Shown: positions 7,766-17,115 of the stretch, piece by piece | Layout: each line of letters begins with the position of its first letter | Numbering within the stretch: the stretch's first letter is position 1 | Assembly: GCA_963817445.1 (NCBI GenBank) | Contig: CAWFOG010000028.1 | Span: forward strand, 30,379-94,378 | From: an uncultured Gemmatimonadaceae bacterium | Lineage (GTDB): Bacteria > Gemmatimonadota > Gemmatimonadetes > Gemmatimonadales > Gemmatimonadaceae | DNA: 64,000 bases | Direction: 5' to 3' | Notes under the pieces: generated by a model | What the model was told of the DNA's origin: nothing | What the model saw: only the letters and a program-made list of their open reading frames with translations | Databases searched by the model: none | Position numbers and translations under genes: made by a program

Positions 7766-9935
7766 TTACTCATCCCCGCCACCGTCTCCCCCTCGGCCGC
7801 GCCCACGGCCCCCGCCTTGGTTCGGCGGCGCGGTGGCTGGCCGTTGCGGCGGCGGAGCTGGCGTCGCACGAGCCGGTGCCGGCGGCGCTCCACGCGATGG
7901 AGGACTGCGCGGCGGTTCTGCCTGCGGTTGCGGTGCCCGCGGTTGCACCACCGGCGCACGCGGGGGCGCCACATGCGACGGAACTTCGACATCGCGCGGC
8001 GGTCCGGCCGGACGGCCACCGCGCATGTTCTGGATCTGTTGCGGCTCGAGCGGACGCCCCGGATGCGCCTGCATCGCGGGCATGCGCGCCGACACCGGCG
8101 GCCGCGGCGCGGGCGGCGCATTGCGCGTGATGATCGGTCGCGGCGTGTTCGGCATCGCACCTCCGCGAGGATTCGGCTCTGGCGTCGGGCGCGCCGGATT
8201 GGCCGGTGGAGCATTCGGTACGGCGACGGGTGGGCGCCCGCCGCGGATCGGGCGACCGACCTCGCCCGGCGCGGACCGAATCGGCGGCGCCACTTGGGTC
8301 AGCTCCCTCCGCTGTATCGGCTGATTCGCCTGACCCGGCTCGTTCGCCTGATTCGGGAGACGCGCCTGATTCGGCGGCGCGTTGCGGCGCACCAATGGCG
8401 TCGGCTGCGCGGGAACGCCGGCCGGCGGCGCGGATGCGACGCGTGCGCGCGCGGCCGGCTCTCGCCGTTCCGGCGCCGCGCGCGTCACGACCATCTCCGG
8501 ACGCTCGGCGATCGGCGGACGCGGCGCAGGCCGGCCGCCCATCATCAAACGCTCATCCGGATTCACTGATGGATGCGGCGCGATCCGCGCCGCGGCAATC
8601 TCGGTCGGGCGCACGCGGATGACGTGCGGTCCCACCGCCTCGCCGGTCCGGAACGCCGCGGCGGGAATGACAGTGAGCGCGTTGTCGCGATTCTGCCAGC
8701 GGATGTTGTCGACGTTGCGCGCGCGAATGAGCGGCTCGACGTCGCGCACCTCGCGCAGATTCGTCGCGTTGATCTGGCGGAGATAGTTGTCGCTGTAGTG
8801 GTACGGCGGAAAGTACGCCTCGCGCGGACCGAGCGGGAACCAGGCTTCGGCTGGCGGGCCTGCGCTCAGCGAGAGCGTCGCGCCGTCGACGAAATCGACG
8901 AGCGCCGGCGCATATACCGGCTGCTCCGCGACCGGACCCGGCACCCACGCCCAGTTATTCGCATGTGCGCATGAGGATGTCGTGATCTGCTCCCAGCGCC
9001 CGTAGTGCGTCGTCGCGTATCCCCACCGCGCGTCGTCGACCCACGTCCATCCCCACGGCTCGACCCACGACCAGTGACCCGCCCGATATGGCACGAACGT
9101 CGACTCCACATGCGACGGACACCAGACTTCGGTGTTCGCCTGATCGACCGTCCAGCTCCCGTCCGAATCGAGATCCTCCCACCCCGGCACGGTGCGACTC
9201 ACATAGCGCGTCGTCGTCCCGCTCGCCCGCCAGAGCGGATCGCGCTCGGTGTTCCACCGATCGAGGTCGGCGAAGTTCGATCGACGGCGAAGGCGACGTC
9301 ACTGCGACCACCTGAATCGGATTCGTCCCGACGAGTCGCACTACCTGCCCCGCCGTGAGGGACTGATTGAGGTCCGGCCCCGTGAGGTCGAGCGATCCAC
9401 TCTCGACACGCACCGTCGTCGCGTTGCCGTTCGGATCGACCGATACGAGATACGTCCCCGCGGCCGTCGGCATCAGCGCGCCGTTCGGCGTGTCGATCTC
9501 GACGGAATCTGACGGGTCGTACTGATACAAGCTCGCGTCGAAATCGCCCTGGTCGACGCCGAGCTGGGTGAAGTGATCGGTGAGGTTCGTGACGGTGACA
9601 TCGGCACTGTCATCGAGCCGCATCGCTGCGTTGCCGAGGTCCAACTCGGCGCGCCCAGACCCGCGCGTCGCGAGCCGGTCGCCCGTCGACACGGTGTAGT
9701 TGGGCGTCGGCGCACTCCACGAATCCGATCCCGGAGTTTGGAGCGACACGTCGCCGTCGACCGAGCTCAGTCGCGCCGCGCGGGTCGGCGGGTCGGCGTT
9801 GGCGACCGCGCCATTCGCCGAGTCTGCTGGATTTGCCGGGTTTGCCGGGTTAGATGATCCGCCGCGAGAACACGCGGCGACGCACACGAGCAGCGCGCCC
9901 ACGGCTGAGCGCGCATGAAATGACCGTATTGTCAT
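7766..9935 (-). pseudogene. FecR-domain / DUF6600-like lipoprotein with Pro-rich tail, split by a +1 frame break near 9276
   Basis: ORF 8955..9935 gives the lipoprotein signal (LLVCVAACS) plus a FecR-like domain up to VVAVTSPSPSIE. The continuation FADLDRWNTERD...PGWEDLDSDGSW...WGWTWVDDARWGY lies in ORF 7766..9202, one frame over. The junction reads GAA-c-TTC. Confidence 0.7.
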
Positions 9936-10026
9936 GTCCCACCTCCGGGCGCGGAAAGGGCAAATGCCGAGCCCAGTAGTGGGCGGTGGGGTGAATCAGC
10001 GGCTGGGGTCGCCGGGGACGAATTGA

Positions 10027-10077
10027 CTCGGCGCACGACAGCACGCACCGTTGAAGCGCATCGCGCCGCTGGAGTAG
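10027..10077 (+). pseudogene. possible C-terminal remnant of a DUF4160 gene
   Basis: Translates to LGARQHAPLKRIAPLE-stop, ending 3 nt before the DUF2442 ATG. As I recall, DUF4160 proteins end ...PL.KI.PL. A stop lies immediately upstream in this frame. Confidence 0.3.
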
Positions 10078-10080
10078 GGC

Positions 10081-10326
10081 ATGCTCGACGTCGTCGCCGT
10101 TCGTCATTTGCACGACTACGTACTTTGGCTTCGGTTCGACGACGGAACCCAGGGTGAAGTCGATCTGCGCGCAGCGCTGTGGGGGGAGATGTTCGAGCCG
10201 CTGCGCGACGGCGATGCATTTCGCCGAGTGTCCGTCAATTCCGACAGTGGGACGATTGAGTGGCCGAATGGGGCGGATTTCGCGCCGGAATTCTTGGTCG
10301 AGCAACTGCGCGTGCAGGCGCGATAG
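10081..10326 (+). CDS. DUF2442 domain protein
   Basis: 81 aa: VVAVRHLHDYVLWLRFDDGTQGEVDLRAALWGEMFEPLRDGDAFRRVSVNSDSGTIEWPNGADFAPEFL. This pattern is typical of DUF2442. Confidence 0.8.
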   Translation: MLDVVAVRHLHDYVLWLRFDDGTQGEVDLRAALWGEMFEPLRDGDAFRRVSVNSDSGTIEWPNGADFAPEFLVEQLRVQAR

Positions 10327-10407
10327 CATTTTGCCGTCGCCCCCGCCAACCCTGCAGCAACAGTAGAACGTTGTCGTTCATCCTGGTCCCGACGCTCGGC
10401 TCCACTC

Positions 10408-10495
10408 GAAGCATCAATGCGCCGCCCAGGCTTGGAACAGATTAGACTACGAATTCAACGAATCAAACGAATGAGACGAATAGAACCGAGTCGAC
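10408..10495 (+). repeat. non-coding repeat element, copy A (ACGAAT-periodic family)
   Basis: gaagcatcaatgcgccgcccaggcttggaacagattagactacgaattcaacgaatcaaacgaatgagacgaatagaacc. Alignable to copies at 13060, 15834, 20258 and 20308(-). Confidence 0.6.
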
Positions 10496-12973
10496 GATTC
10501 TTCAACGGCTGGGGACGCGATTTCAAACTCGGCGTTCGGACGATCCGTCGGGCGCCAGGGATGACGGCAGTCGCGTGCATGACCCTGGCACTCGGTGTCG
10601 GAGCGAATGCCGCCGTCTTTTCGCTCGTCTACAAAGTTCTTCTCGAGGCACCGCCCGGCGTCATTGACGCCGGCGCAGTAAAGCGTGTAGACCAGCGATT
10701 CGTCGCTCCGGGAGCAGCCAGAGTTTTCACGCGCGACGTCTTTTCGTACCCTGAGCTGGCCGCTATTCAGCGCGCTGCCGCGGGAGAAAGCTTTGCCGCC
10801 GCGGGATATTCCGCGACGCAGGCGAGTGGTGGAGCCCTGGGCGAGGAGCGCCCGATTGCCGTCGAGTATGTCGTTGGCGACTACTTTAGACTTCTTGGAA
10901 CCGCCGCTGCCGCGGGCCGCCTGTTCTCAGGAAACGAAGCGCAACGGACAAGTCCAGGGCTCGTCGCGGTAATAAGCGACCGACTGTGGAACGATGAATT
11001 CGGTCGTCGCTCGGACATCATTGGTCAGCAGCTGCTCATTGACAATCGTCGATTCACGATCGCTGGCGTCGTTCGGTCACCGTTCCATGGACTCGGCCTA
11101 GGGGAAGCGGATGTTTGGGCGCCGTTCAACACGGTGGCGCAGGAAAGTGCGGGTTCACGACCTTTCGACAACGTGCGGGACGCGCGCCTACACGTCGTCG
11201 TTCGACTTCACGACAGTCGGTCGGAGCCTGAGATCGCCGCCGCGATCGGTCGTGCGCTGCGACAAGATGGCGCCATTCGACTAAGCAGTGCGACGGCGCT
11301 GCTAGCGCCGATTGGTGCTGCACTCGATCCGGAACGCGGTCGCCTTTCGATGGCGATTTTGACTCGGTTGATGGGCGCTGCGGTTCTCATTCTCATCGTA
11401 GCGAGTGCCAACGTCGCAAATATGATGATCGTTCAGGCGCTCGATCGGCGAAGAGAACTGGCTGTTCGGCTGGCGCTGGGCGCGGGTCGCCGAGAATTGG
11501 CCCGCCATCTGACGGCCGAGGTCTTGATCGTGCTTCTGGTCGCCGGGGTCGGTGCAGCCTGGGTCGCCGCGCTTCTACGCACAGCACTCCAAGACTTGCT
11601 CCTCCCAGGAATCCCATCGGTAGCATCGACTATCGACCCCAAGTTGGTTGCCGAGGTAGGCATTGTCCTGGCTGGCGTAGCGGTGATGATGATTCTTATA
11701 CCGCTTGCGGCAATCGACGTTGAAAACATCGATCGCCAACTTCGGTCGGGAGTGGCGGCGACTCCCAAAGGCAATCGCGCTCGCCACGCGCTTCTGGCCA
11801 TCCAGGCTGCAATTTCCGTCACGCTGTGTGTTGGGGCGGCCGTATTTGGAAAGAGCCTCCACAAAGTAGCGGCAATCAGCATCGGCTACAGTGCGCCGGA
11901 TGTGATGGTCGCGAGTGTCCCAATAGACGTCTCTCAGCCCGGGCGCGCCAATGCAATTGCAACGCTGTTGCATGGCGAGCTCGAGCGAATCACTCGGTCG
12001 CCATTGGTCGAGTCTGCGGCGCTGAGCGCGACGCGCCCGATCGAAGAGGCCACGGGATATCAAGTCTACGTTCCCGGCGCTGACTCCATGCCGACACCCC
12101 TCGAGAAGCAAGTGTTCGTGTCGGCTGTATCGCCGGGGTTCCTCACGACGATGGGTGTTCGGCTGATCAGAGGGAGAGATTTTCGTAACTCAGACGTACC
12201 GGGAGCCCAGCTCGTGACGCTCGTCAGTGGCACGATGGCGCGTGACTACTGGCCTCAGGCCGATCCGATTGGAAAGTGCATTGTCGTCGGGCGCCGCTCG
12301 GACCCGTGTCGCGTGATAGTTGGAGTCGTGGACGACGTGCACTCGATGCACATTCTCGAAGACCCGTCATTGCGCTTCTATTTGCCGATGGCACAAGCCG
12401 ACGGGCGATTCGCAATCCCTAATACTATCGTTGCACGTGCACGCCCAGGACTCGCGTCGCAGATGCGACAAGCCCTCCAGACCCAACTTCTTCGCGACGG
12501 TCAGCAGACGGTCTCGCTGTCGCCACGCGATTGGCGAGTCGCGACGTTCGCCGACATCATCGCGCCTGAGCTTCAGCCGTGGCGTACCAGCGCCGAGCTG
12601 TTCGCCGCGCTTGCGTTCTTGGCGGTCGCCGTCGCCGGCGTGCGGCGTGTATGGCACGGTGTCGTACTCGATCGCTCAACGCACCCGCGAAATCGCGATC
12701 AGGCGCGCGCTCGGCGCGACTGGCTGGAACGTCTGCCGATCGGTCGCCTCGGGCGACCTGGCGTTCGTGGCGACTGGCGTTGTCGCTGGAGCGCTGCTGT
12801 CGCTTGCCTTGGCGAATCTGGCGAGAGCCCTCGTGTACGGCGTATCGCCGTATGACCCGCAAAGCCTGGCCGGGGCTGGCGGCGTTCTGCTCCTTGTAGC
12901 AGTCGGAGCGAGCGTTTGGCCGATTCGTCGGTCGACTAGGATCGATCCGATGGCCGCGCTGACGCTGGATTGA
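10471..12973 (+). pseudogene. ADOP/MacB-type FtsX permease (copy 1) disrupted by a 7-bp tandem duplication
   Basis: N-terminus FKLGVRTIRRAPGMTAVACMTLALGVGANAAVFSLV. The C-terminal FtsX region VYGTVSYSIAQRTREIAIRRALGA...IRRSTRIDPMAALTLD lies in ORF 12320..12973, +1 relative to ORF 10417..12855. The start is either ATG 10471 or 10417. Confidence 0.8.
12636..12649 (+). repeat. 7-bp tandem duplication cggcgtg-cggcgtg causing the ADOP1 frameshift
   Basis: Removing one copy joins ...LAVAVAG to VYGTVSYSIAQRTREIAIR in frame. Confidence 0.85.
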
Positions 12974-13059
12974 GGCTTTGCTTCGCCAGTCCCGTTCTCG
13001 AAGACGAAGGTTGTCTCGTCGATCAAGCGCACAGTTGCGAGATGGACACAGCACTCAAC

Positions 13060-13150
13060 GAAGCATCAATGCGCCGCCGACGCTCGGAACAGATTGAAAT
13101 ACGAATTCAACGAATGGAACGAATGAAACGGAGACAACCAGCTCAGTCGG
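13060..13150 (+). repeat. non-coding repeat element, copy B
   Basis: gaagcatcaatgcgccgccgacgctcggaacagattgaaatacgaattcaacgaatggaacgaatgaaacggagacaacc. About 85% identical to copy A by eye. Confidence 0.6.
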
Positions 13151-14357
13151 CTCGGCGGACTTCGACCGCAGCTCGGAGACGGCGAGTGCGAGCCCCGCGC
13201 CATGAAAGGCTGCGTGCGCCGACAGGTCGTAGGCAAGAGCCGCCCTGGGGCCGGATCGTGAACCCGCGTCGGAGGTGATGACCGGCGTGGCCAGCGCAGA
13301 AACCCGCTGCGCCGCCGACGAACAGATGCTCGCCGCGCGAACGAATTCCCGCGAGCAGCGCCTGGTCGCGCACTCCGGGACCATCGATTTGCTCGCTCTC
13401 GGTCAGTCGCGCCATTGCGAACTACATGTCATAGGACGCCGCGACGCCGCCGCCAGAGAGATGAGTGCGCCGGCGCCACTGGTGGCCACGGACACGGGAG
13501 CGTTCGACCCAGCGCCAGCGCGGGCGAAAGCCCAGGCGCGCCACGGTGTCCGGGCGACGAATGCCGATCCGTTCGGCGTCGTCGGATGCTTCGCGAGCCA
13601 CGCCTTCGCCGCATCGCGCACGCCGTAACGGACCGGCTGACCCGCGTCGTGGCGAGACACCGCGGAATCCGTCGCGGCGACCGCTCCATCACCGACCGCA
13701 CCTCCGATGTTCACGGAGCGGGCCTACGATGGCGAACTCGCGCGACGACGCGGGAGAACGTCGAGCCAACGCCCGCTGATGAGCGCAACCGACGCATCGC
13801 AGGTGGTTTTGCGCTCGGTGGTTCAGGCTCTCCACTAAGGTCCCGACGGCGGAAGCATGCTGCTCCAAATCGGTGCTGTGGAACTGGGCGATGAGGCCCG
13901 GTACAGCGATATCGCCAAACGACGCGAGCGCAGCATCGGCCGGGCCACTGCCCCCCATACCGCCAAGCAGCGCAGCGGCGGAGGTGGGGTCACCGATCCG
14001 ACCGACGGTCGTCGTGAGGTCCATGTAGTACACACCGAGATAATCCTCCGACAACGATCCCGCCGACGCAGTCGCGATACGAGCGTTCTCACGTTCGAGT
14101 AAATGGATGAGCGCGGCCGCAAGCTCAGGCTGCGCCTTCGCGCTATCGGCGAGAAAGGTCGTCGGTCGGCGATCCGGGTGATGACGCTGGTCGTCGGCCG
14201 CAGCTCGCAGCTGATAGAAGGCGTTGATACGGACGCTGTCGACGAGCGACTGGAGGCGGGCGGTCGGAATGCTCATGCCTTGCGCCAGGAGCCCGACGCC
14301 CAAAGGCGATGCCGCGACCAGAAGCGCGCAGCTGAGCGAGTTGATGAGAGTTCTCAT
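13100..14357 (-). pseudogene. secreted HEAT-repeat-like protein, apparently frame-disrupted several times
   Basis: Signal peptide MRTLINSLSCALLVAASPLGVGLLAQG (ATG 14357). Helical repeats GDPTSAAALLGGMG, GDIAVPGLIAQFHSTD. Protein-like translation hops between ORFs 13689..14405, 13403..13714, 13143..13415 and 13055..13384. The 3' end is uncertain. Confidence 0.35.
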
Positions 14358-14376
14358 CACTCGTCGCCGCGACCAG

Positions 14377-14603
14377 TCATCCGCGACAGAGCTGACGGAT
14401 CGCACCAGCCAGTGCTTTCACCTGCGCCGAGTCGGCGGGCAGCAGGCCAACGCGCCGGTCCTCGCTGGTACGCGCCGGCGTGCCGCCGGTGAAGGCGAGA
14501 TGCGATTGCCACGCGCGACATCGCCGTGGATGGTGAAGAACGCCGCCATGGACTCCCCTTCAACACGACGCCCGTCCTGGGTGCTCATCAAGGCGTTGAA
14601 CAT
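14377..14603 (-). CDS. small hypothetical protein, possibly frame-disrupted
   Basis: ATG 14603 overlaps the upstream stop (TGATG). MFNALMSTQDGRRVEGESMAAFFTIHGDVARGN is followed by a more protein-like continuation in another frame (HLAFTGGTPARTSEDRRVGLLPADSAQVKALAGAIRQL). Confidence 0.25.
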
Positions 14604-14842
14604 CACCACCTGCCGGCCGAGTCGACAGCCAGCGAGAGCAGTCGGTAAGCCGACGTGTCGTGCACCGTCAGCGTGCGAGCGCAGCTCAACCCCTGATGCT
14701 GGTCGCTCGGGACGACACTCTTGCACTGTGCACCGCGAGGAAGCGACGCGAGGAGAGGTAAGCGGCCCACGCGGGCGGCCTGCGCGCCGGCCCCGGTCGA
14801 GAGGGTCAGGCCCATCGCGATTCCGAGAATGACGGGCTTCAC
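14603..14842 (-). CDS. small secreted protein
   Basis: GTG 14842 lies 4 nt after the upstream stop. Signal peptide VKPVILGIAMGLTLSTGAGAQA. A 5' fragment paralog is present at about 15906-15990. Confidence 0.4.
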   Translation of the reverse strand: MKPVILGIAMGLTLSTGAGAQAARVGRLPLLASLPRGAQCKSVVPSDQHQGLSCARTLTVHDTSAYRLLSLAVDSAGRW

Positions 14843-14846
14843 TGCG

Positions 14847-15698
14847 CTACCGTTCCCGCGTCCACAACCACAGCGACCCACATCCATCATCATCGCTATG
14901 CATTGCAATGGGCGCGGCGGCTCCTCCAGCGTAGAATTCGACTCCGGCGAGGTTGCTGACCTCGTAAGCGCGAGAGAGATCGACCGGGTCTGCACCGATC
15001 TTCGTCGAGTACTGAAGCACGCCGTCCAGATAGATCGCCACGAAGCAGTCCGCCACATTGGCGCACGAATGCATTAGAGCGAGCCCTTGGCAAGGCTTCC
15101 TGGACGAAACCAGCGTGAGCAAGACGCCTTTGCCCGCAATGGTAATGGGCTGCATCATGACGCCAGCCATGTGGCTCGTAATCACGTCGACGAGGCTGGA
15201 GTTTTCGCTTCTCCGCAAAGCGCTGTCGGAAATGAATTGCCCACCTTGTTTCGAGTTGCGTCGTTCCTCGAAACCGCGCAAGTGCGGCGACAAATATTTC
15301 TTCGCCCCCGCGACGGTGCGCACAGTGTCGAGGGTTGTGGCTTGGTCGGCCAGAGCATAGGTGCGGACGTTTTCATGATCAGCCGCGAGCACAATCGTGT
15401 CACGTTCGGCGGCGAGGCCGACGGAACGAAGCTCCACGAGCTGGATTCCCGTCGGCAGCCCCTCGAAGCGAAAGCTGCCCGTGGTGTCGGTCAAGCCATG
15501 CTTGTCGACCGAGACGAGCCAAACATCTGCGCCACGTACCGGAGAGCCGTCCGCGCGATGAATGATCCGCCCGCGAAACACGGCCGCAGCGCTTGCTCGA
15601 ACGGTACTCGAGTCACGCTGCTGCGCGCTCGCGGCTGACCGAACCGGCGAGCACACTTCAAGTGAGAACAGGAAGAAGGCAACGCAACGTGTAAACAT
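14847..15698 (-). CDS. secreted CarboxypepD_reg-like domain protein (paralog 3)
   Basis: 283 aa and colinear with 446..1297 (same length, same C-terminus CGSLWLWTRER). Signal peptide MFTRCVAFFLFSLEVCSPVRSAASAQQ. Confidence 0.8.
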   Translation of the reverse strand: MFTRCVAFFLFSLEVCSPVRSAASAQQRDSSTVRASAAAVFRGRIIHRADGSPVRGADVWLVSVDKHGLTDTTGSFRFEGLPTGIQLVELRSVGLAAERDTIVLAADHENVRTYALADQATTLDTVRTVAGAKKYLSPHLRGFEERRNSKQGGQFISDSALRRSENSSLVDVITSHMAGVMMQPITIAGKGVLLTLVSSRKPCQGLALMHSCANVADCFVAIYLDGVLQYSTKIGADPVDLSRAYEVSNLAGVEFYAGGAAAPIAMHSDDDGCGSLWLWTRER

Positions 15699-15833
15699 TG
15701 AACCGCCTCGGACTTGTCGGAGGCTCCTTCTCTAGAGAGAACGGAGTCGTGACGAAACCAACCAGACGATCGCGGTTTGCACCAGAGCTACGGGAGCGGG
15801 CAGTGCGGTTGGTGCAGGCTCACGGACCGGAGT
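15699..15833 (+). mobile_element. IS3-family insertion sequence remnant: left inverted repeat plus first ~28 codons of orfA
   Basis: tgaaccgcctcggacttgtcggaggctcc (15699-15727) resembles IS3/IS6110-type terminal repeats. GTG 15749 opens VTKPTRRSRFAPELRERAVRLVQAHGPES, which matches the orfA N-terminus pattern (..RRYPPELRERAVRMV.. in IS6110, from memory). It is truncated at about 15833. Confidence 0.6.
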
Positions 15834-15905
15834 CAGGCTTGGAACAGAATGGACTACGGATTAAACGAATAGAACGGACACAAACGGAGGGCACCCGAGT
15901 CGGCT
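15834..15905 (+). repeat. non-coding repeat element, copy C
   Basis: caggcttggaacagaatggactacggattaaacgaatagaacggacacaaacggagggcacc. Confidence 0.55.
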
Positions 15906-16043
15906 GGCAGCAGTCAGCGCGGGCAGTCTGCGCGCCGGCGCTGGTGGAAAGGGCCAGACCAACGGCGATACCGAGAGCGAACTGACGTCGCACGCACCCG
16001 CTCGCCGCTGAGTCGCGAACCATCACGTCGAACTGCAGTGGCG

Positions 16044-16796
16044 CTATGCGCTATGCGCCAATACCAGCAGCACGCCGACGATCAAGCGACCGGACAACAG
16101 TCCAATACCGAGCAGGACCTGCGGCCACTCGAATAGCGCCGGAACCCGAAGCCTGTCCGCTCGTTCCCGCCCCACGATTTTGAGCGCATGGTAGGCAAAT
16201 CGACGCTGCCAACTCTTCGTCCAGTTGGCCGTCTTGGTCTGCGCAAAATCGAACCGGTAGTACGAATGATTCGGATACGACGCCTTGCCCGCTATTGGCA
16301 ACGGGGCGAACGAGACCGGCACACCCATCTGCAAGGCCTCGAGGCCGATTGGGCGACAGTCAGCCCCCTCATATCGAATGCCGTAGATCGGGTCCGCGAT
16401 AAGCGGTCCGTCGTCCAACAACACTTCTACGAGACAATGTTGCGCCAACCCTTCGCTCGTGTAAACCGTGATCTGGTGTGCCCGGATTCCCATCTCTGCC
16501 AAACACAGGATGTACAGCCGCGAGGCACCGGAACAACAGCCGCCATGTCGCAGAATCGCGCCCGGTGTCGCGCCGAGTGGCCTGAGAAGGACCGTGAGGT
16601 ACGGCGGGTCAACCGCGACGCCTCCGCGAGCGGCGAGAACACCGGCGAGATGAAGTGCCGCATCGCGTGGCGTGACTGGCAAATCGGGCGTGGCGGAAAG
16701 AAAACGCCGAAGCCGCAGGCGTTCCAGTTTCCAGTGGAGGGCCAGTCCGATAAGCACGATCAGAAGCGCGCCATTGATGGCAACAGACGTCGGCAT
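16044..16796 (-). CDS. membrane-anchored transglutaminase-like (Cys-His-Asp) protein
   Basis: N- and C-terminal TM segments. Core GGCCSGASRLYILCLAEMGIRAHQITVY...AQHCLVEVLLDDGPLIADP fits the transglutaminase-like C..H..D pattern. GC is lower than in the neighbours. Confidence 0.55.
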   Translation of the reverse strand: MPTSVAINGALLIVLIGLALHWKLERLRLRRFLSATPDLPVTPRDAALHLAGVLAARGGVAVDPPYLTVLLRPLGATPGAILRHGGCCSGASRLYILCLAEMGIRAHQITVYTSEGLAQHCLVEVLLDDGPLIADPIYGIRYEGADCRPIGLEALQMGVPVSFAPLPIAGKASYPNHSYYRFDFAQTKTANWTKSWQRRFAYHALKIVGRERADRLRVPALFEWPQVLLGIGLLSGRLIVGVLLVLAHSA

Positions 16797-17115
16797 TCAC
16801 ATTCCGATGACTTGAATATTGAATTAGCACTTGCCAAACGGTCCACGCCAGTGTCGAAAGCGCGCCACACTTCGGAGATCTGTGCCGCACCCGTGCGGAG
16901 TGGAAAAAATTCTTACACCGCCTATCCACGAGAAGGACGGCAGCTGAAGCATCGCACGCAGCATCCTCCAAAACAGACGCGCCGAACGTGAATACCACGT
17001 GTCGGCGCGTAAGATGTTGCCACAAACGGCCCTACAATGCTGCCCGCCTACGATCGTGCCAGAATTCTCACCATCCACACTCGGTGGCGCGGTGCATCAG
17101 AGCACGCTGATGTCC

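Noticed and set aside
10417-10495. Leader peptide or N-terminal extension encoded by repeat copies A and B (MRRPGLEQIRLRIQRIKR / MRRRRSEQIEIRIQRMER)
   Set aside because: Copies C and D do not keep the frame (D has a stop, C lacks the ATG). Conservation is at the nucleotide level, so the similarity of the two translations is a by-product.
16044-16796. Lower-GC transglutaminase-like membrane gene as part of a defence or toxin island
   Set aside because: It is a single gene with no partner genes (no ATPase, nuclease, immunity or secretion components). It is flanked by junk DNA and nrdJ, so there is nothing to support a system.
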